DNA of 64,000 bases, taken from NCBI GenBank assembly GCA_021792255.1, contig JAJYUZ010000001.1, positions 192,001 through 256,000 on the forward strand, in the 5' to 3' direction. The DNA is from Thermoplasmata archaeon (GTDB taxonomy: Archaea; Thermoplasmatota; Thermoplasmata; Thermoplasmatales; GCA-001856825). Shown here in pieces: positions 58,848 to 64,000 of this stretch (its first letter is position 1; every line of letters starts with the position of its first letter). Under the pieces are notes generated by a model. It did not search any database, was not told the DNA's origin, and worked only from the letters and a program-made list of their open reading frames with translations. The translations under genes and the position numbers were made by a program.

Positions 58848-59039
58848 AATCGAGGAAATGATCAGGATCATTGATGATGGACTAGTGGATATTATGAAGA
58901 CTCTCCGGAAAACATCCTCCCGTGTAAACTTGAGGCTCACTATAGCTATGAACGTATGGCTTGTACTGTGACCGACAATGGGAAACAGAATGTGTGTGAA
59001 GAAAAGAAAATTCCATTCAATTTTAAATTACTTCTAAAC

Positions 59040-60053
59040 TTACTCCCTTTTCTCGTTATTTTGTAACTTTCTTCCACCCGTTGCCTTAATTATTCTATTC
59101 ATTATTGCCAGTCCGATTCCTTTCTCTTCAAAACCTTCAATGACTCCCCTCGAATACCTACTTTTATCAAGCTTCCTGAATGAAGGGAAGAGATTTTTGG
59201 CTACTTCGTAGAGGTCTTTCCTTGAACCCAGAACTATGGACTCAGAATTGATTTTTTTGGCCGTCTCTGCGCTTCCTATAAAGAGGGCATCGCCTCGCTT
59301 GCACTCTTCAAGAATTGTCTCTTCACTTATTCCAAGATAGAGCTCCTTTTCCGGGGCATAGTGTCTGTATTTCATACCGGGAGAAATCGGAGTATCGGAT
59401 GAAACTCCTGAAATCTTGACCTTCATTTTGAATATTTCCTTAAGGTCCTCAGCTGAGAATGCCCCTGGCCGAAGGATCATTATCTCACCGTCCTTGAATA
59501 TTACGACTGTGGATTCGACTCCAAAATATGCAGGCCCTCCATCTAGAATCAGACTCACCTTCGTCCCCAGGTCCTCAAAAACTTCGGATGCGAAGACTGG
59601 ACTAGGTCGTCCCGACTTGTTGGCACTGGGGGCAGCTATGGGTCTTCCGCTCTCCCTGATAAGCTCTTGAGGAATCCGGTGGGCCGGCATCCTGACCGCA
59701 ATGGTGTCCAGTCCTGCGGTCGGAACGATCCCTACGTTTTTCTTTTCAAGGACCACTGTGAGTGGGCCAGGCCATACCCGCTCGAATCCCTCCCTAATCT
59801 TGCCACGAAGCCCCTGAGCTACCGACTCCAGCTGTTCAAAATCATTTATATGGACTATTATGGGATTGTCTTGTTGCCTCCCTTTGATTGAGAATATTTT
59901 CTTGCACGCTTCATCATCTAGAGCATTTGCGCCGAGCCCGTAAACCGTTTCCGTAGGAAATGCAACAGTTCCACCCCTCCTGATTATTTCTGCAGCTTCT
60001 CTTATTCTTTCTCGGTCTGGGGAAATGGGATCAATCCTACGGATATTTTCCAC
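59040..60053 (-). CDS. sua5: Threonylcarbamoyl-AMP synthase Sua5
   Basis: Motifs FPTETVYGLG, KGR..DNP, WPGPLT, APSANKSG and PGMKYRHYAP. Confidence 0.96.
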   Translation of the reverse strand: MENIRRIDPISPDRERIREAAEIIRRGGTVAFPTETVYGLGANALDDEACKKIFSIKGRQQDNPIIVHINDFEQLESVAQGLRGKIREGFERVWPGPLTVVLEKKNVGIVPTAGLDTIAVRMPAHRIPQELIRESGRPIAAPSANKSGRPSPVFASEVFEDLGTKVSLILDGGPAYFGVESTVVIFKDGEIMILRPGAFSAEDLKEIFKMKVKISGVSSDTPISPGMKYRHYAPEKELYLGISEETILEECKRGDALFIGSAETAKKINSESIVLGSRKDLYEVAKNLFPSFRKLDKSRYSRGVIEGFEEKGIGLAIMNRIIKATGGRKLQNNEKRE

Positions 60054-60089
60054 TTTAGCCTCATGGCCTGCGTGAGTATAAGGATAGAG

Positions 60090-61649
60090 TCAGAAGTGGT
60101 CCTCTTTCTTGAGAAATAAGTTAAGAGAAAAGTAAGAAACTATGATATCGAGGATTATGGTAAGCGCGTACCCTTTCACATAATAAGAAATATTGAAGGC
60201 TATTACGTACCTTGCAGACGCAAAGACAAGAGCGTTAATTATAATGATTGGAAGCCCTATGGCAAAACTCTTCAGGAATATCCATCTGCCCCCGATTCCC
60301 TCCTGCGAAAGGGAGTAAACTTCTTTCGGAATTGCGTGGATCAGATACGCGCCACCAGCGAATAAGACCGCCGTCAGAATGATCGCAAAGTATGGATAAT
60401 TCAATAGCAGGTACGAAACTAGGGTTCTGTTTGCGAATGATATGATCACGATCAGTATGCCGTAGTAAATCATCCCTATACTGAGTACGCTTAACACTTT
60501 TGAAAAGAAGTACTGACGTCTGGAGATGGGGAGCGCGGAGAGATGCCACGCAGCTTTCCCCTCGAGTCCGATAAGCAGGATCAAATCAATAAGGAATACC
60601 AGAGAGACATAGGGAATGTAGAAAAATGACTGTAGAGAGCTAGAAGAAGTCGAAAGCAATTCGGGGATGATCGGCAGGATAAAGGTGATGGGGATCACCA
60701 TTATCATAATGGCCCCTCTCCTTCTAAACATTATTTTTAAATCCTTGTCGACAAGGGATGTGACTGGTCTTTTTAGCTTGAGTGTCGGACTTTTTTTGTG
60801 ATTTCGCGACACATCTGCGAACGTTTCCATCCTCTCTGAGAAACTCCTCCTGTGAAGGTACAAGTACGACGGATATACAATAGCAAACGTCCCTACGAAG
60901 GCTCCAAAAGGATAGACAGAAAGAGTCGAAATGTACTGCGATGTAACAGGAATGAAGTAATACAGGAACTGAGGAATCCTGATAAAAGTCTGAAAGGACG
61001 GGTTTGTTCCGACTTCAATTGCAAGTATGAAAACGACAAATATCAGAACCTGAAATACTTGACCAAGGTACAGCCTCTTAGTTTTCCTGTTGGTGTTCGT
61101 CTTGACAAATGTGACTCCAACAAGGAGTGAGATAAGCCTTGCAAAGTAGATGAATAGGACCGTGTACATTGTGAATATGACTATAGGAAGTGGATTCCTG
61201 GTCTCCACAGAAATGATTATCCCCGCAGGAATAGTAACGAAGGGGAGGTAGAACTCGTTGTACAAAAACAGTGAAATTGGGACCACTCTTCTTTCCACTT
61301 TCAGCGGAAGCTGCTTAAGGGGTGTCAGAAGTTTCATATCCCACACTCCTCTGTAAAATTGAGTATCACTCATTATGGCAAGAATCAAGAGCAACAAAAA
61401 CAGAATGAAACTGTCGCTGGACATTCCGGATTTTGTGGATATGCTCCCAATCCCAAACGACACTGAGATTATTCCATAAATGAATGTATTAACGTAAAGA
61501 GAGGAACGTACATTGTTGGTAAGATATCTCTTCGCATGAGTCACAGACTGCTTGTCATTCTTCTGAAATCTGGGGGTGTTCTTGAGGAATTGATACTTGA
61601 GCTCCGTGTTTAGGACCTTTGCAAGAAATAAATCACTTCGCAGAGTCAT
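60090..61649 (-). CDS. ABC-2-type permease-like polytopic membrane protein
   Basis: Two repeats of an L..LP motif (LKQLPL, LSALPISRR), K(D/E)LK..R starts and many TM helices. Confidence 0.65.
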   Translation of the reverse strand: MTLRSDLFLAKVLNTELKYQFLKNTPRFQKNDKQSVTHAKRYLTNNVRSSLYVNTFIYGIISVSFGIGSISTKSGMSSDSFILFLLLLILAIMSDTQFYRGVWDMKLLTPLKQLPLKVERRVVPISLFLYNEFYLPFVTIPAGIIISVETRNPLPIVIFTMYTVLFIYFARLISLLVGVTFVKTNTNRKTKRLYLGQVFQVLIFVVFILAIEVGTNPSFQTFIRIPQFLYYFIPVTSQYISTLSVYPFGAFVGTFAIVYPSYLYLHRRSFSERMETFADVSRNHKKSPTLKLKRPVTSLVDKDLKIMFRRRGAIMIMVIPITFILPIIPELLSTSSSSLQSFFYIPYVSLVFLIDLILLIGLEGKAAWHLSALPISRRQYFFSKVLSVLSIGMIYYGILIVIISFANRTLVSYLLLNYPYFAIILTAVLFAGGAYLIHAIPKEVYSLSQEGIGGRWIFLKSFAIGLPIIIINALVFASARYVIAFNISYYVKGYALTIILDIIVSYFSLNLFLKKEDHF

Positions 61650-62382
61650 CTAGTACCTCGCTAAGCACTCTTCTCTTCCTTCTACTAAGCTCTAGTACGG
61701 TCGAATCTATTCTTGCAGTACCAGAGTCTTCGTTGAATTTCTTTAATTTCAGTATCTCTTTACCATCAGGGTCCACCACCCTACTGCCTCCCCAAAATAC
61801 CTGGTTTCGTTGGAGGCCGGCAATGTTCACATAAACTAGATACGATTGATACCCGACTGCCTTGGCTGGGAAGACCTTCTCAAAAAACGGATAGGAAGTA
61901 AAGGGAGAAGCAGATATGTTGATTAGTGCATCAATACCCTTTTCTGTCGAATCTTCGAAGAACAGATCGTAACAGATTTCAATTCCTAACTTGAATCCAT
62001 TGAATTCGACGGTAAGGGGTCTGTCTCCCCTCCTAAAATATCTCATCTCCTCGAATGGTCCAAAGTTTGGTAAGTGTTTCTTTTTGTAATAGTCGACGGA
62101 ATCCTTCACGACTACAACAGCAGAGTTGTAAAGGAATCTGTCTCTGAGAGGAGCACCGAAAATAACCATTCTTTCTCCGATTCTGTCCTGAACGTCTTGA
62201 ACGAACTCTCGACTCAAGGAGAATAAGTTCACATTGTCTCTGATAAGATATCCCGAATAGAACATCTCTGGAAATATCACAAGGTCAAAATCTTCATTTA
62301 GAGTCTGCTTAATGAGCCTTTCATTTGTCTCTTTGCCCTTGACTGGATTTAACTGCTTGAGAAGGACATCCAAAATCGCCAT
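61633..62382 (-). CDS. Carbon-nitrogen hydrolase (nitrilase superfamily)
   Basis: Catalytic triad FPE, K.HLP and ICYD; SASP. Confidence 0.9.
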   Translation of the reverse strand: MAILDVLLKQLNPVKGKETNERLIKQTLNEDFDLVIFPEMFYSGYLIRDNVNLFSLSREFVQDVQDRIGERMVIFGAPLRDRFLYNSAVVVVKDSVDYYKKKHLPNFGPFEEMRYFRRGDRPLTVEFNGFKLGIEICYDLFFEDSTEKGIDALINISASPFTSYPFFEKVFPAKAVGYQSYLVYVNIAGLQRNQVFWGGSRVVDPDGKEILKLKKFNEDSGTARIDSTVLELSRRKRRVLSEVLDDSAK

Positions 62383-62479
62383 TTTAGATTGTAATGAGTT
62401 CTGTTGATATGTATTTTCCTTTTGCTAGTTTCCAGAAAATCCAGAGCGAACGATATGAGAAGAGTAAAAATAAAAATAA

Positions 62480-63241
62480 TTATAGAGGTCTTGAGACCTC
62501 TGTTTCCACTGGATCGACTTCAATATTTATAGTGAGAACCTGTTCTGTTAGCTCTTCAGCAAGAGTCTCCTCTACAATCCTGTTGAAGTAGTCATTGTAC
62601 TTGCCATATAGGGTGTCGTAGAGCTTTAGTTGACTCACTATGATCGCCTCCATGTCTTCCTTGATTCTCATGTTTATTTCTCCTATCGATTCGAATTCGT
62701 TGTTGTCATAAACCTCAACGTGATCCGTCTCTTTCCTTATCTGAGCAAGCGCCCTGTCCGCGACTTCCTTTCTGTTGTCTTCAAATTCAAAAGGTCTCAC
62801 TGCAAATACCTTGAATGGGGTATTTTCACGCTTTAACAGTTTCACCATTTCGACTGCGCCTCCCGATCCTGTACCGCCTCCAAGAGTCGTGACTACGAGT
62901 ACCAAGTCAGTCCTTCGGAGAACCTGAACATCGATGAATGCGGAGTCTTCTTTGAAAGCTTTCTTTGCGACCTCCACATAACCACCAGAATCTCTGTTGT
63001 CCAGGACATATTCTGTCCCGATATTCATCGAGATGACATCGCTTCTCTTCGCGTTTGAAAGTGCGTCAGTATTAAGGCAGAACAAATTTACTTCCTTTCT
63101 CTTCTTGTTGAGCTCGGAAACTATATTGCAGCCCCCACCACCTATGCCTATGCATACGACGGAAGGTTCTAGGAATTTTTTACCACTTTTAAGACCGTTC
63201 GTCACTTTGTTTATTAAGTTAGCCCTATTCTTATCTATCAC
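62480..63241 (-). CDS. Divergent, C-terminally truncated FtsZ/tubulin-like GTPase (probable start GTG 63241)
   Basis: GIGGGGCN, NTD, tubulin signature GGGTGSG and PFEFE. No NxDxxD T7 loop or C-terminal domain. GGGGTGA RBS. Confidence 0.8.
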   Translation of the reverse strand: MIDKNRANLINKVTNGLKSGKKFLEPSVVCIGIGGGGCNIVSELNKKRKEVNLFCLNTDALSNAKRSDVISMNIGTEYVLDNRDSGGYVEVAKKAFKEDSAFIDVQVLRRTDLVLVVTTLGGGTGSGGAVEMVKLLKRENTPFKVFAVRPFEFEDNRKEVADRALAQIRKETDHVEVYDNNEFESIGEINMRIKEDMEAIIVSQLKLYDTLYGKYNDYFNRIVEETLAEELTEQVLTINIEVDPVETEVSRPL

Positions 63242-63650
63242 TTTTTTCACCCCTCTGTCTCTCTTCTCTCTTCTCTTCGAAGGGAAGATCCTCAAAATTC
63301 AAAAGGTTCCTATCGTCAAGATACCCCCTGACTAGTTTGTTTAGCCACATTGGCAAAAAGTGTTCTTCATTGACTTTCCTTATGATGAACTCTATTGCAT
63401 CGTACCTGTCGGTGAAGAGACCCTTCATTACCATTTGATCCAGAGTATTCTGAGTTGCTTTGGAAAGCCTCACTTCAGTGTCTTCGACCGAGCGTTGCGT
63501 TTGAGGATGCTGTATGTAAGCATAGACGGCTGCACGTATGAGTTCCGATTTTGTCTTGAATCTGAGTGAAGTGCTAAGAAAGTCGTTTATTTCGTCGTCT
63601 TCTTGTGGCGTAAGACGAAGTGCAATTCTCCGGGTACTATTAGAATCCAC
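63231..63650 (-). CDS. Tandem ribbon-helix-helix protein (CdrS-like context)
   Basis: RHH1 RIALRL...SELIRAAV and RHH2 VRLS...GLF..RYDAIEFIIR; overlaps the ftsZ-like start. Confidence 0.75.
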   Translation of the reverse strand: MDSNSTRRIALRLTPQEDDEINDFLSTSLRFKTKSELIRAAVYAYIQHPQTQRSVEDTEVRLSKATQNTLDQMVMKGLFTDRYDAIEFIIRKVNEEHFLPMWLNKLVRGYLDDRNLLNFEDLPFEEKREERQRGEKSDR

Positions 63651-63767
63651 TTGGAACCAATCCTCTTGAAATAGTTATAGAGTTAACCCTATATAAATAT
63701 TTCTAATCATGGCATACAGTTAATTTAGTAGTTACCTAAAATAAATATTTTTAAAAATTAATCTTTT

Positions 63768-63892
63768 TGACGTTGTCTACACAATATTTTGGACATTTGT
63801 CATGAAAACATGTCTGCAGTTGTTCGACGCGCTCTCTATGATTTGTCATACATTCTCGTCATAATCGAATGACAAAGTTCGCCGTTTGTCAA
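63768..63892. promoter_or_regulatory. Array of TTGTC(A/T)-like motifs upstream of the RHH-ftsZ-like operon
   Basis: TTGTCT 63773, TTGTCA 63797, ATGTCT 63810, TTGTCA 63843, TCGTCA 63856, TGACAA 63870 and TTGTCA 63886. Confidence 0.5.
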
Positions 63893-63963
63893 AAGTTGTT
63901 ACCCGTTTGGCTTATGAAATTTATTCTTGTAAAAATTCTTAAAGCAGGTCTCCATTTCTCAAC

Positions 63964-64000
63964 GTGGATGAACAGAGCTATTCAGAGCTTCTAAGGAAGG
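63964..64000 (+). CDS. 5' end of a gene, possibly translation initiation factor aIF2 beta
   Basis: GTG GAT GAA CAG AGC TAT TCA GAG CTT CTA AGG AAG reads MDEQSYSELLRK, resembling the Y..LL.R N-terminus of aIF2-beta. Only 12 codons are visible. Confidence 0.35.
   Translation, partial: MDEQSYSELLRK

Noticed and set aside
58858-58971. 37-codon ORF after the cupredoxin-like gene, preceded by GAGG
   Set aside because: No motif and the SD spacing is too short; likely spurious.
1-64000. Numerous 60-195 aa ORFs antisense to or nested in clear genes (e.g. 57185-57772, 14999-15388)
   Set aside because: Shadow ORFs of well-supported genes, with no motifs of their own.
1-64000. tRNA, rRNA, CRISPR arrays, integrases or proviral genes
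   Set aside because: None seen by eye in any intergenic region; tRNAscan-SE and Infernal would be needed to exclude small RNAs formally.

Overview
A gene-dense archaeal chromosome segment, most consistent with a Thermoplasmata-type archaeon. Support for this comes from the Kae1-Bud32 fusion with an IDPSMG motif, a tricorn-factor-like M1 peptidase, DUF6015/DUF3198-like proteins, Alba, Csl4, PriS, archaeosine TGT, and GGTGA/GAGG ribosome-binding sites. Most genes are housekeeping: purA (3' end), gdhA, speE, rdgB, kae1, argF, sucCD, rli, hutU, thiolases, lig, pyrDK, rtcB, a W/Mo uptake and Moco cluster, purSLQ, priS, rps17e, tgtA, albA and sua5. One complete 1288-bp ISA1214-like IS has 17-bp inverted repeats, a 9-bp target duplication and a transposase broken by two nonsense codons. 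I saw no rRNA, tRNA or CRISPR array. The most unusual items are: (1) an RHH protein ending in the LRSLGY motif, followed by an AlkP/NPP enzyme that lacks that tail and by cysC; (2) a Pho84-like MFS transporter fused to a DUF47/PhoU-like domain; (3) a tandem-RHH gene coupled to a GTPase-domain-only FtsZ-like gene, with an upstream TTGTC array; (4) a PolB2 cassette extended by YunC and an unlisted Cys-rich microprotein; (5) a thiolase-fold protein lacking the nucleophilic Cys, paired with DUF35. All family assignments come from motif recognition, not database searches.
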